From NCBI GenBank assembly GCA_973895155.1, contig OZ316896.1:15224684-15288683 (forward strand): a DNA stretch of 64,000 bases, given 5' to 3'. The notes under the pieces were generated by a model. The model saw only the letters and a list, made by a program, of their open reading frames with translations. It was not told where the DNA came from and did not search any database. The first letter of the stretch is position 1. The number at the start of each line of letters is the position of its first letter. Shown piece by piece: positions 13,736-26,199 of this stretch. The position numbers and the translations under genes were made by a program. The DNA comes from Marsupella aquatica. Taxonomy: Eukaryota; Plantae; Marchantiophyta.

Positions 13736-16239
13736 AATCTTTTTCAAATAATTCGGTCTCCCTGAGAACTGCCACATATTCGCATTCCAATTTAATGTTT
13801 GAATGAAATTAACTGCCTTAGAGCAAACCACACAACTGAGAATTAGCTTGTTAACAGAGATCTCGTAGGTAATGCCAAGGGTGTTGAGTTCCGAGTCATC
13901 CACCCGGTCATCCACTCAGCTTGATGACTCGGGGAAATTCAGACGCGAACTCAGTTTATGCAGTCTAACATAATCCCAAATCTCTTGTTTAGGAAGTGTA
14001 ATGTAGTCCTGTACGTGCAAAGGTTGAGTAGGTGATGTATTTGTAGTAGCCAATTCAATCTGGCAGCCTTTTTTTTATAATAAAAGGTTAAGGGTGAATC
14101 ATTCATTCGTTGTCGAATACCGTCTCACTGGGATTATGTATCTCGAGCAAGTTACATAATCACGATGATATTTCATCGTCTCATTAGCTTGAATCTCGAG
14201 CAAGTGACTCACGAATTTGAGGCCCATACATTTCTGCATCTCCTAAACGTTGGGCTGGTTTGGCACATTGGATCATTTTGCGCTCGGGTTCCCTTCAATG
14301 GATTTTACATTAGAACTAGCTAGGAAGCGCTGATCTCCTCAACAAAGTGATGGCCACGAGCTCGAAAAAGCTTGACGGGCGAACGGTGTAGGAGTGCGCG
14401 GATGGCGACGGGCCCCGAAATTGATAGTACAGTAATATCAATTGACTGCTGGACAGCATCGATTCGGAAGAACGAAGTCACTGTTGGTGAAAACCTATAT
14501 TTTCCTGCTCTCTCGTTCACGAGAGGGAAATCACTCTAACCAAGCTGCTTACTCTATATATATTTCTAACTATAGTCCTCCACCCTTCTCAAGCCTGGTG
14601 AGTACAGGTCACGGCAAGGATCTTTATTTACTTTGAAATGTCCTGTTTAATTTGACACATGTACCAAGATATATCATATTGCCGTGTGGCACAACATATT
14701 TGCACTCCTCTATGAAAACCATTTTCTAAAGGATTTTCAAATGCTGCAGAAAAACACTTATAAGAGCAATGGAAAACATCTGCGGCAATGTGGTGTGAGA
14801 CAGGAAAAATCAATGCTCTCTCGCAGTTCGTCCGTGAGCAGTAGCCATCACTTTGTTCCGAGATGTTCTTGCAGGAGTCCCTCACCCAGAGAGGATGCCA
14901 AGTATATTGTATATATGTCAGTTGCGTGGATTGCTACATTTTGTCAATATGAGACTTGTACCCCAAGCTAGAAATCTTTGCCGATGATTTCTGTCGCCTC
15001 TTGTGGATCCTTGATGCGATGTGCTGCAATTGGAAAACCGCCTTTTGGTGAGGTCATCAACACCGGAAAATGTGAATATCCTGGTTGGTAATTTGCCGGC
15101 TAGCAGGTGCACGTCATGACCAATAATGGAAATTACTTCATGATTTAGTAGGATTCATAAACTCATCAACGTACTTGATACCAGGACAAAAAAATGAGAT
15201 GACAAACAAAATATTGAAATATGAGATAAGTTTCTGTCCGAGCGAAGCTAGAAATGGAAACACGTACCCTCCCTTTAATGTTAGTGTTTACTCCGCTTAT
15301 CATTGACAACTTAAGCCCAATTGTGTGACAGGTAGCTGGGCTTGCAACCAGTCATGATGAGTTCAAATCAGTCAAAAGATAATCTTCATAACTGGCTATA
15401 TATGGATCTGTTAAAGTCTCTTTCGGGAAAGTTTACTAGGGCTAGGTACCGAAATCGCTAGTCATAGATCAAGTAAAATTATCACCTGTACTTTGTAAGC
15501 AAGTGATGCATCACAATTTTGAAGGTGACCTTCGATTGCTCACGACGGGGGCAGAGGTGTCTACCACCACCAAACGGTGAGAAGCCCTTAGCGCTAATTT
15601 CCTGAACAAGTTGATATATTAAATTGATGAGATGCACGGTCAGACGCACATACATTCTACCCAAACACGACTATTAGCTCATCCTTGTGATTGTCATTTT
15701 AAGTTTGAAGTGGTACGGTTCCGGAACTCACACTGAAGCGCGAAGGATCAAACCCGGTGGGATTTGAAAACAGCAAGATTGATTGTGAAAAGATTGACCA
15801 TTTTCCAGCCTTTAGGAATTGTATAGCCTGCAATCTTGATCCATCCAGCGACGGTAAGGCTCTGACTTGCTCACTTATTTCCTGGGCCACTAACATTGTG
15901 GATGTTGTGGATGGTCAAATACGCGGAGGACCGAACTCGCGCGGCATCCAATCCCATATATCGTATCTAAACTAAGCAGGAATGTTCTACAAGGAACAAA
16001 GTACTTCGGACGATACTTATTTGGGCTACTGCGTCGTGATTTGGGGCTTGCATTAAACCCGTCACTTAGACCTCTGGATACAGAGTAGCTTTAACTTAGA
16101 ATGCTGCAGGGTTCGTAAATCGTGTCAGGAGAAGAGGTTCCGTGTGTGTAACCATTTCTAAGGGGCCTGCTATAGTCATAATCTGGTGTCCTGAAAAATT
16201 GAGTGGGTAATCTCTTTCCGGGCAGGAGTTACTTACGCT

Positions 16240-16380
16240 AATGCAGGGCAGGGCTGGGGTTATAGGCTATAACCTGCTCCCAGAATATTCAAAAAAGCTT
16301 CCCGGCTACCGCCGATCAGTTTCTTTTCATATTCCGGACACAGGGTTACAGCCTAGTAACCCTGCGCCCAGACCTGCATT
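16240..16380. repeat. Imperfect inverted repeat / small MITE-like hairpin inside pseudogene intron 6
   Basis: aatgcagggcagggctggggttataggctataacctg...gaatat pairs with atattccggacacagggttacagcctagtaaccctgcgcccagacctgcatt. Confidence 0.6.
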
Positions 16381-16434
16381 ACCTTATACTTTCCGGGCTC
16401 TTGACACTAACAATAGGGAGGAGTATTCCGCTTA

Positions 16435-16990
16435 GAGCATCCGCACCGGTTGAGGGCAAGCAGGCTGCCATCTGGTGCTGTTTGGCGGGGTGCTGTTTGG
16501 CGGGGTACTCTTTTCCAGGAATCTGCTTTGCACAGTTTGCACCCATGCCCTCCTTTTGGGCTTTCCAAATGAACGTAACCTACGGTTTGAACCTAAGCGG
16601 CCTGGTTCAAACCTTCGTTTGACCTGAAGAATTGCCGTGGAATTCTGGCCGCGATGTTGCCTGCACTCTTGAGAAATTGAAAACGAGTTTCACCAGCAAG
16701 CTCATCCTAGGTTGCCGTAGAAATTAGCGATGGTGATTCCAGAACCTCAATCCTATGCATACATTGCGCAACTTGAGGCTTGGCGAGAGAAATTGAAGAA
16801 AGAGATCGAATCGGAGTTGGCTGAAATGGAGGAAGAGCAAGCTTTTCTGAACGAATTGCTGTTCACTGGGCCATTGTCCATGCAAGGTGTGGACTCGATT
16901 ACTCAAAAACGCAAGCGACGAGGGGGATCACTACTTGGCAAGAGGGCCAAGAGAGAAGGAGAGAACGCGGGCACCAGATGATATGGGACG
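16435..16990 (+). mobile_element. PIF/Harbinger-like transposon 5' remnant
   Basis: TTA followed by GAGCATCCGCA, a Tourist/Harbinger-like terminus. ORF 16730-16981 ends in KRKRRGGSLLGKRAKRE, resembling the RRGGSxxG N-terminal motif of plant Harbinger transposases. Confidence 0.55.
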
Positions 16991-18063
16991 ATTATTTTGC
17001 TGAAAACTGTACATACAATGGAGTAGATTCTAGACGAAGGTTTAGAATGACGAAGAGACCATCAATTTGAACCTCGCTCTCTGTTACTCTGAATGATAAA
17101 CTTAAGGTACAGGTCCAGGATACCTCAGCGTTTCACGAAACACCTGCACACAATTATGTGCATAGCTTCGATCAGATTTGAAGGCATCATACGATGGAGT
17201 TGCGTTGCGTCGTCTCATATCAATTATGCTATCCATTCCTTTGCCAACTTATCTTCCCGCTTATCTTCCACAAGATCGCAGTTCTAGTTAGTACCTGATC
17301 TTTGTAAATCATGTCGTTGATCTCGGCCAGTGACAAGGGCTCTCCAGGGCTCTTTCTCTTGGCTATACCTGCATGCTCGGCCTGCCAATTTGAGTGGAGT
17401 CCAAACACTACAAGGATAGGGACAATATAGTCCAAACACCTTTGACTAAGGTGTATTTTGGACTTTGTCCCCACCACTGGCGCAAACACACGTTAGGGAC
17501 AAAAGTCTGATGTAAACTGTATGATGCGAGGGACCTCTATTGTCTTGGAGAGACAGGCTTACATCTTTACTTTTTTACGTATTATTAATTGTACACTGTA
17601 TTTTAGAAACATACATTATGGTGTTTTCAGGACACTTAATATACATATACACAAGAATATGATGCACACGAGACAAAAGCTCCTTAAAAAAAAGATGTTA
17701 AAGGGACACATAAAAGGTGTTTACTGACTTAATGAGACAGTTTTAGGGGACATAGATATCGTGTGTGAAGGACTATAATTGATGAATAGACACATGTGAT
17801 GTTACCAAACTCATAGAAGGTGTTTGTGGACCAGCAAAGATGGTTTTAGGGGACATATATATGATGTATGAAGGACTAAAATTGATGAATAGACATGATG
17901 TTACAAGACTCATAGAAGGTGTTTGCGGACCAGCAAATATGATTTTAGGGGACATATATATGGTGTATAAAGGACAAGAAGTGATGAATAGACATGATGT
18001 TAAGGGACTAGTAAAAAATTTTGCAAACCAGCTTATATGGTTTTCAAATATGGTGTATAGAGG

Positions 18064-21000
18064 TGTGGTGCGTCCCATGGCTCCCTAAACCCAAGAAACC
18101 CCCCAGCTCAAGCCGATTCCCGCAGGTTTCGTGCTTGGCGAGGCCGTTTCCGCGGCTTAGCGGCATGGGACGCTGCTAACCTTCTACTACTACTATTAAC
18201 ATTTTACACACATATACTGGACAGATCCTTCATCGGGTCATGAGATACGTAGCCGGCCTAATATAGGCCTTCCCCTGTCTTCCCCTGTCTTCCCCTCCGT
18301 CTTGTTAGGTATGTTTGGATTCCGCCGCCGGAATGATCCCCAATAGGCTTGGTTAAGCCGCTAAGACCTCTCTCAGCTCGACACATCCAACTCTCACTCC
18401 CCTGCTTACTTTCCTTCCTTCTGTTGATGTGGGCACTCTTCACACAAGTTAATGCGACACACAAATAGCAAAATGACTCATTCTGACTGAGTCATACCAT
18501 GCACTTGCCATACAAACAGTACATCTCATACACAAGTTCTGCGAACTAAGCCGTGAGGCCAACTCTATTCAGCTCTTAGGCATGAGGAAACATGAATATA
18601 CACAAGGGTCACTGTATGACTAACCGAGAGCTTCTCGTACTACTTGATCCCAGCCCGGCTGGTGCAAACTAAAAACTTGCTAAAGAAGAGGCCCTGAGCT
18701 CCCCGCTGCCCAGGTACTTATCCTGGTAGTGGATCCGCCCTTCTTTGCATCGTAAGCCTAATCTACTTAACAGTAATCTACTTGCCCGAATCTACCTATG
18801 TACAGCAAGGCAGGAGCACAAGTGTTGCTCCTACCAGTGGGACCGCAATCCCACTAAGCTAAGTGTCAGGGCCGCTCCTGGTTCTGATCCTAATCCTAAA
18901 CGTGGAGATCCGTGCCCGCCCTGCCCACTCACGCCTCCTCCCTCCACGTCCGCCCTCCCTAAAAGGAACGGCGCCCTTGCACCGTCACGACACCGGTGGT
19001 GGATCCTCAATGGACGCCCCCAACACTTCCTCCTCAGCCACTGCCGTTGGCCCGCCTACTGACAGATTACCTGCCCTTGACCGAGTCAACTCTCCATCGG
19101 CCTGACTGGGTCCACCTTCGGCTTCAGCCTCGACACCGGCCTCGGCAATACCCACGGCTTCGGCCTCAGCCACTCCCACGGCTTCGGCTTCAGCCACTCC
19201 CTCGGCTTCGGCCTCCCCTTCCCCTAGGGTAGTTGGATCCTTAGCCGTGACCCTGTCTGGGGTCGGTGCTGGGTCTACCTCCTTGATCACCACGGCCTGT
19301 GAAGTCGTATTACTCCTTGACCCTGAAGGTTTCCGCTTCTTCTTCGTTGGTGGCTCGGCAGCTGGTCCCTTCCCCTTCCCACTTACTTCCGGCACTGGTG
19401 CAGGTGGCGCGGCTTGTCCTTCGGCAATTACCACCCCTGGTAACTGGTTTGTCCCAACGGGAGATGGACCTGCTGCAGCTAAGCATTTAAATACTGCGGC
19501 TTGTTTCTTCAGCCGCTCTGTTTGGTTGTCGGCCCGCCGCTGTAGGTTCTCCATCTTCCTCGTGATTTCCTCCAACTCCTCTTGGGTTTCATCCAGGTCC
19601 TTACGTGCCCCCTCCAGCTCGTTTTTGGCCTCCTCCTGCTCCCTGTGGGCTTCCTCCAATTCCTTCTTCAAGGTAGCCCTCTCCTCCTGGGTTGCTCTTA
19701 GCTCCTTGTCGAGCTCTGCAATGATGACAGACTCCATCTGGTTCATCTTGGCGTAAGTCTGTTCGAGCATCTCGTCCTTCTCCCTTAGGTCGGCCTTGAA
19801 GCTGGCCGTCAGGGACGCAAGCTCCTGCTGCAGCGCCATAATCCCTTGATAGGATTTCCCTAACTCGACCTCCTTCTGCTCAAGGGCTCCGCGGATTTTC
19901 TCGAGCTTCCCTTTCAACGCCCATTCCTTTCTTTGGGTCTCTGCCATGGCCCGGCTGTTGGCTGTTATGTGGGCCTCCTCTGTATTCTTCAGCTCTTGCT
20001 TCCACTTTTACCTTTCTTTGATCGTGTCGGCCAACTCTTCCTGCGTCTGAGTCAGTTTATCCTTGATATTCTGATTATCAGCCTGCGCGGCGTCCAACTG
20101 CCCCTGCATGATGTTCAGCTCATGTCGTTTAATCCGCAGTTCATCTTGGGCTTTCTTGGCCGCCCTTAGATCTTCAATCTCGGCTTCCATCCTCCTAAGC
20201 CGCCGAATGACCTCGTCCTTCTTGCTTCTCTCTAAAGCCACCGCTTCTTCTAATTGGTGCTTCTCCAACTACTCCCTATGGAAAAAGGGTCCTACCTCCA
20301 ACTCCTCTCCAAAGATGCCGAGCGCAAGTTCCCCACACATCTCACCATACTCCATGGCTCTATTCTTAGCGTAGGTGGAGTAAGTAGAAGTGATCGGCAT
20401 CGCCCATCGTGGCCTCTGCTCCCAAGCCGTCCTGCGGATCTCTTCAATCGTGGCTAGAGGTTTGCTTCCTTTTTCGGCTAGCCGCCTGATGTCCTCCGGC
20501 CAATCTCCTCCTGGTAAATCCTTTTCCTTAGCCAGGGCGGCCTCTTCCTCCTGCTTGATTCGCTCCTGAAATTCCTGCACCGTCTGTTTTATGCCGTCGA
20601 AGCTCGGGGGAGCAACATCTGGTGGGGGAGACTCAGGGCTACTCTGCTGGTTGGGGTCCCCTCGCACTACCCTTGGAAGTGTGGGGACAAACCGGCCACA
20701 GGTCCTTACTCCTGGAACGTAATGGTCCGACCCATAGCCAGAATTATCATGGCTGCAGTCCTCCACTGCCTCCTCTACCTCTTGGATTTCCGGCTTCTCC
20801 CTCTCCTCTTCCTCGGTAGGAGCTTCAGGCAATTCTGCCTCAGATTCGAAGCTTGAGGTTCCCACGTACATTCGAACACCTGGCTTGGATTCCGGCCTGA
20901 TTCTCTCCTTGTCTCCAGCAAAGGGGTTTTCTCTTGTGAGCCGGTGTAGGCCTACCTCTGTAGTAGTGTCCTGCATTATTGCCGTTGCCGTTGTTGTTGC

Positions 21001-22724
21001 CGATGCCGATTTCTTTTCTTTCTCCAGTAGTTTCAGCAGACTCTGCATGCCTGGTTGCTGCATCGGCAAGTCTTCCTTCCTGGGCCTAAACACCTGCTCG
21101 ATCGTAGGACTAACAGGTGGTTGAGGCTTCTCAGCCAACGGCCTCGGCGTTGGAGCTTCCTCGGGTGCCCTTACCTGCAGGGGAAGTACCGGGGCAAAAG
21201 TCTGACCTCTGGCATACCGGCACAACAGCGGCATGTGATAGCCAAGCCGCGACACGCTCCCCATGCCGATTACCTGCTGCTCCTCCTTTAAGATCTTCTT
21301 CAATTGGTTGAGGAGGTACCCGTTGTAGTCCCGGCTTGGGTCTGGCCTTTCTGCCAGATAGACCTGTGCCTTGCCGATCTCTGCCCTCGGCAAGTTACAA
21401 TGCATGGTCACCCGCAAGAAGTCGATCATCTCTCCTATGTGCGGGTTGGTGCAGGTGTTCCGGAAGAAGCCATTCTTCGTTGATGGCCCGGGGAACGACC
21501 GGAACTCCTTGTCAGGCAAGGTCTTCCTGGTATCAACTTTGGTCTTATTGCCCATCGGCAAGCCAAACACTTCGGCAATCACCTTGGGAGTAAGATAGAA
21601 ATCCTTCCCATATATCCTCGTGCAATTGGTCTCGGGTTCCCATGACCCCACGAATTCTAATAGGTCTGACTCCAGTACCTCCGGCTTCAGCCATGGTAAT
21701 CTTACAAAGGCCTCCAAGCCGGATCCGGCCATGAAGCCTTGGTACTTCTTGGTCTGCATGGCCGTAAAGCATGCATCCTCCTCCCGTGCAAAATGTAGTT
21801 GCACCTCCACCGGTAGGGTCGCCGCCCAGCCCTTCCAGGTGTCATCCCTGGTTGGAATGGCCTTGATGGGATCGACCTCCTCCTCTTCGGCTTCTCCCTG
21901 CCTCCTGCTCTGCTGCTCGGCTGGCTTCTTTGGTGCCGCCGACCTCGTTCTTTTTGCCGGGGTGGCTTCATCGTTGACGGCTCCCTTCCTCTTCATCTCT
22001 GCTGCCGTGGAGGTCTCTCCTAGCACCGTTGCCCGGGTCCACCTTTCCGTGCTACCCTTTAATTCCCAGTGTATGTCGTTGCAGTTCTTGATGGCCTCTC
22101 GGATGCCGACGACGCTGTCTTTGCAAAACAGAAGATCGTCGAGTTGATTGGAAGTAGGCATCCACAGGAACTCGTCCTTGATGAGTTCGCCTCCTAAGAA
22201 AGCCGTCTTCTGCAGCTCCCACAATCGAGCGAGCTCCTGCCGTTCTCGAGCTGCCCTTTCTGACTCCTCGTCCTCGTAAGTCTTGATGTACTCAGTTGCC
22301 CGTTCGAACAGGCATCCCCAGAAATGTGCCGCTTGATTGACGTTGCTCATACCCTCCTTAGGTTGATCGTCGGTATCTACTCTCTCCCCGAGTGCTTGCC
22401 TAAGCAGCTGACAGTAGTTGGCCTCCCGTAGTCGTCTGCCTAGTTCGTGCTCGCAAATGAGCCACCATCTCCTGCAAGCGCTCCTTACCCCTCTCCTCTG
22501 CCGGTCCTTCTTCCCGTTGATCCTTCCTAGCCGCCGACGCTTAACGCGCCCTAACCCTAATCGGGTTTTTCACCCTCAGCCTTACCTCCGGCCTCTGCCC
22601 GGGTTCCATGGTTGCCCCTAATTGTTTATATTTTCCTTGTTTTGTCACTATACTAAGGTGTTCCTAGGGTGCCTTCCTGCTTTACCCACTTAACCGGCCG
22701 AGTGATTCCTGTCTAGGCATCACA
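18064..22724 (+). mobile_element. 4661-bp solo-LTR-like element (TGTGGTGC...GCATCACA) with 5-bp TSD AGAGG
   Basis: AGAGG at 18059-18063 and 22725-22729. Short terminal inverted TG..CA ends. Removing the element restores one unit of the flanking repeat array. Confidence 0.85.
18985..22350 (-). pseudogene. ~1121-codon TE-borne reading frame (PMD/Transposase_32-like domain plus coiled coil) with two in-frame stops
   Basis: ORFs 20269-22350, 20008-20268 and 18985-19947 share one frame, separated only by TAG (20269-20271) and TAA (20008-20010). Motif LLEFVGSW...IYGKDFYLTPKVIAEVFGLP. Long E/K-rich coiled coil, KKKRK NLS-like motif and AEAVG repeats. Confidence 0.75.
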
Positions 22725-23089
22725 AGAGGACAAAATTTATTGAATTGACATGATGTTACGAGATTGGTACAAGGTGTTTGCAGACTACATGAGAGGGTTT
22801 TAGGGGGACATAGATATGATATATAGAGGACCAAAACTCCCTCATAGACATGATGTTAAGGGACTCAAGAAAGGTGTTGGCGGAAAAAAATTGATGATTT
22901 TAGGGGACATAGATATAGTGTTTGCAAACCAACTACATGGTTTTAGGGGACATAGATAATGTGTATGTAGGACAAAACATTATTATATGAACATGATGTT
23001 GAGGGGACTAGTAGAGGCGGGAGTAGAGGTGTTTGCGGACTAGTGAAGATGGTTTTAGCGGGGGTTTTAGGGGACATAGATATGGTGTA

Positions 23090-24059
23090 TGTTGGAGCAC
23101 TTTTCTAAGTGGATTGAGTTGGTGGCATTGCCCGACAAGGCAAGTGAGGGAACGGGGTATGCATTTCTTGATAGAGTGCTTAGTCATTTTGGTGCACCAG
23201 CGGAGGTGTTGACCGACCAGGGTACGGAGTTTCAGGTATTGCGTGACAAGGCGTTGATTGATCACTAGACCACATCTCGAGATCATCCAGAGGCAGATGG
23301 TTTGGCAGAGCGTGTTGTTCAGACGGTGAAGAGGGGATTGCGCAAGTATGGCCTACAGAAGGGGCATCTTGGAGATTGGGACATCCAGTTGCCATGGTTA
23401 GCCATGGGGTATAGGTTCAGTCGTCAAGCATCCTTGGCTTCCTTCTCACCTTATTTTCTGTTGTACGACCGAGACCCAGACTTGCCCACATCAATTCGTC
23501 GAGATTCTAGTGAGGTGGTGAACCTTGATGACCCAGAGGTGTGGATGAGGGTGTGTTCTCAAAGGGCACAACTCTTTCAGAGAGTTATGCCAGCAGCCTT
23601 TGAGAACCTTGCCATTGCTCAACACAGAGATACGTTGCGTTATGCAACCATCCGGGGTGGAGGTTATCGACCATCCATTCGTAGGTTCCATATGGGGGAC
23701 TATGTCTATTTGCAGCAAACTGCACCGACAATGTTGGATGTGACGGCAGGACGCACTATCTTACGTGTGAGAGAGGTGTTAGCTTCTGGAGTTCTCATGT
23801 TGGAGGTCATGATGATGTTGTTTGGAATGACCATGTGCATAATTGTGCGCCATGTCACCTCCCAAACGTGGATGGTATAGTGGACCCCAGTTTGGCAGTG
23901 ATACGTGCTACCTTGAGGTGCATGTTGTGTGGGTCTGTTGGTGAAGCAGCCCGTATGTTGGTTTGTGATAAGTGTTCTAGGGGTTGGCATATGTCATGTT
24001 TAACTCCACCTGTTGATGTTGTGCCTACTGGACGGTGGGTTTGTCCTCGGTTTACTTAG
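23090..24059 (+). mobile_element. Ty3/gypsy integrase fragment with C-terminal PHD finger
   Basis: EHFSKWIELVALP...FGAPAEVLTDQGTEF...HPEADGLAERVVQTVK (rve core), then SPYFLLY and GDYVYL. After a frameshift near 23810 comes CMLCG...MLVCDKCSRGWHMSCLTPP...VPTGRWVCPR. Confidence 0.88.
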
Positions 24060-24334
24060 GAGGTGGATGACATGATCTTCACATGGTATGGATTGCAGAT
24101 GGGCGATTAACGATGGGGCAACATAGCACCCGACCTTCTGATCCGTGCACCCACGAAGGTGTATAGCATGTAGTAGATGGATAGGGCTACCTGGGAGTTA
24201 GAGGGACCTAACCGCCAGTTAGGGGGGCAAGTTACGGTACATTGTCTTGTATTTGTGTATGCTCTTGTCCATGTTATGCATGTATGTGAGTATGGCATGA
24301 CCAGCGATGTATGTTGTATGACGATGTGGATTCG

Positions 24335-26149
24335 CACGACATATGCAAATTGTGTGTGAGTCCCATCAAAAGCCACCAAGGGTCTACAATGCTCAAATGT
24401 TGACCTTGCAGCTCTAGGGCATACAAGCACACTATGAAATCGACCATCTGGTGCTGAGTATGACACAATGGCCAAAGGATCCCGTTGCAAAATGTGATAA
24501 CAATGAGGTACGTGGAATCAAGTAGAAAGAGTCTTTCTCTCGCACATCCAACTTCTCCAATGCCTACTTTTCTGCAACCCATGCAATATGGTACTTGATG
24601 TTCAGATGAACAAAAGCTCGTGTTGTATCCCGTAGTGTAGATGCCCTAGTCTGTCTATTTCTCATTACTATGTCCATTATCTGTTGTGCCAAGCGATCTG
24701 AGTTGGTATGCATTCGCCGTTTCTAGTGGTCAGCTGCCTCACAGGTGTGCTCAATGTGTGCTTTCATGATTGTTATTACTCCAGTGGTTTCCTTATGGCT
24801 CGGATCCGCCAATGGCCTCTTTTGTCACTATCAATAGATATGTCATTGATTTTGCATTGTGTCAAGCATTGTGCATTATCTTTTTTATATGTTCTTATAA
24901 TTTGTTTTGTATGCACACCATGGTCAACAATCAAGCTTTTCAGGTCCTCAAATGATTCAAAAGTTTGTCTTGTCTTCAGCCAACTAGACCATTGAGAAAC
25001 ACTCTCAGTGGCAATTCATCACTACCCTACACAGATTCAACTCAATTCAATTTAGTAGGCCAGACACTGTAAGCAGATGTTGTTGCAAAACAAGGATCGA
25101 TGCAAACACAAATGCTTCCAATACTGCTTGAGCATTCACAAATCAAAATGCTTGAATGATTTCTTTAGCACAAAGAGATTTAAACATACTTTGAACTTGT
25201 TGGAGAATGTAGAGCAATAGGACTTGCAGGCCGGACTTTACCTGAATCGGGACCTGAATGTTGCGCCTGGCTACAATGCTTTGAATCAACATTACTAGTG
25301 CTCTTCTTAGCAATCCATAGGTCAAAGCACTAGCAAGCAGACGTTGAGCTTGCAGATTGGGCCATTGAATAAGAATCTAGCCGGCGCCACCTTGAATTGC
25401 ACTTAATGTGGGGTTGACAATGGCACTCATTGCAGGCAGGAACAACATGGTGTTGGAGTGTCCATCACTAATTTTGAAGTCTGCCTATGGTGGTTGATAG
25501 TGGTCGCACACTGCAATTTAAGTGTTTTGTCGTTGCCTTAGTGGTGGAGCCAGTACTTTTGACCTCCCCGTAGCCTACGAGTTCAATGTAACAATGCAGG
25601 CAACGAGTGTACTCAGCGGCTAGGGAGAGTTGGGAGAGGCCGGCAGGCAGGATGCAACGATGCAACCGGGGTCAGCAATGACACAGCCCATGGAAGAGCG
25701 CGACGACGCAACGGGAGTGGCAATGGCCCGGGCAGGAAGCAAAGATGCAGGCCCGGGTAGAGGCAATTCGGGGAAGCAATGACCACAACACAGCAGGGAA
25801 GCAAATAGCCCGGGCAGGAAGCAAAGACATAGCACATCTCGATTGTGGACCTTGTCGAGTAATGGTAGTCGGGATTGGCCTCGAGTTTGCAGGAAATGGA
25901 GGAGAGTCAAGGCAACTGACCCACCCCTCCACAAAATTAACTGAAGATCCTAAATGTAACCGCAAGGGAAGCGACAACCGTCCGATGGGGAGACCAGGAG
26001 AAATGTCAACCGTTGGATCTTGGGTAGTTAACCTGAGTAACTTTTCTTAACCCATGACCAAAAAGAGTGGCATATTGATAAATAAAAGAAAGAGTGTGGC
26101 AATGTAGTGATTATGCCACAAAAGAGTGGCATTCTAGCTAGTAAATCCC
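24335..26149 (-). mobile_element. Degenerate Mutator-like (MULE) transposon
   Basis: Peptide DGRFHSVLVCPRAARSTFEHCRPLVAFDGTH matches the first catalytic Asp motif of MULE transposases. A possible terminus GGGATTTAC starts at 26149 on the minus strand. Confidence 0.7.
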
Positions 26150-26199
26150 AGATCATATTTATTGAAAGGAAACAAACTTATGATCGATGTTACCATTCA

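Larger units (their letters stand above)
14985..17381 (-). pseudogene. CYP85-clan pseudogene, exons 5-9
   Basis: Exon 9 ~14985-15105; exon 8 ~15487-15601 (FGGGRHLCPRREQ, G>R after the heme Cys); exon 7 ~15731-15827 with a deletion; exon 6 ~17058-17143; exon 5 ~17295-17381 (AEHAGIAKRKSPGEPLSLAEINDMIYKDQ). Confidence 0.85.
17406..23090. mobile_element. CACTA-like left terminus with a degenerate ~110 bp subterminal repeat array, interrupted at 18064-22724
   Basis: CACTACAAGG at 17406, close to where CYP intron-4 homology ends. The unit ttttaggggacata...gaatagacatgatgtt repeats at ~17740-18060 and ~22730-23090. No matching right TIR was found. Confidence 0.5.

Noticed and set aside
20008-20271. 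Programmed stop-codon readthrough in the long TE ORF
   Set aside because: There are two different stops (TAG, TAA) without a readthrough context; point mutations in a decaying copy are simpler.
19247-22147. Plus-strand ORFs up to 175 aa inside the 4.66 kb element
   Set aside because: They are antisense shadows of the long minus-strand frame and have no gag/pol motifs.
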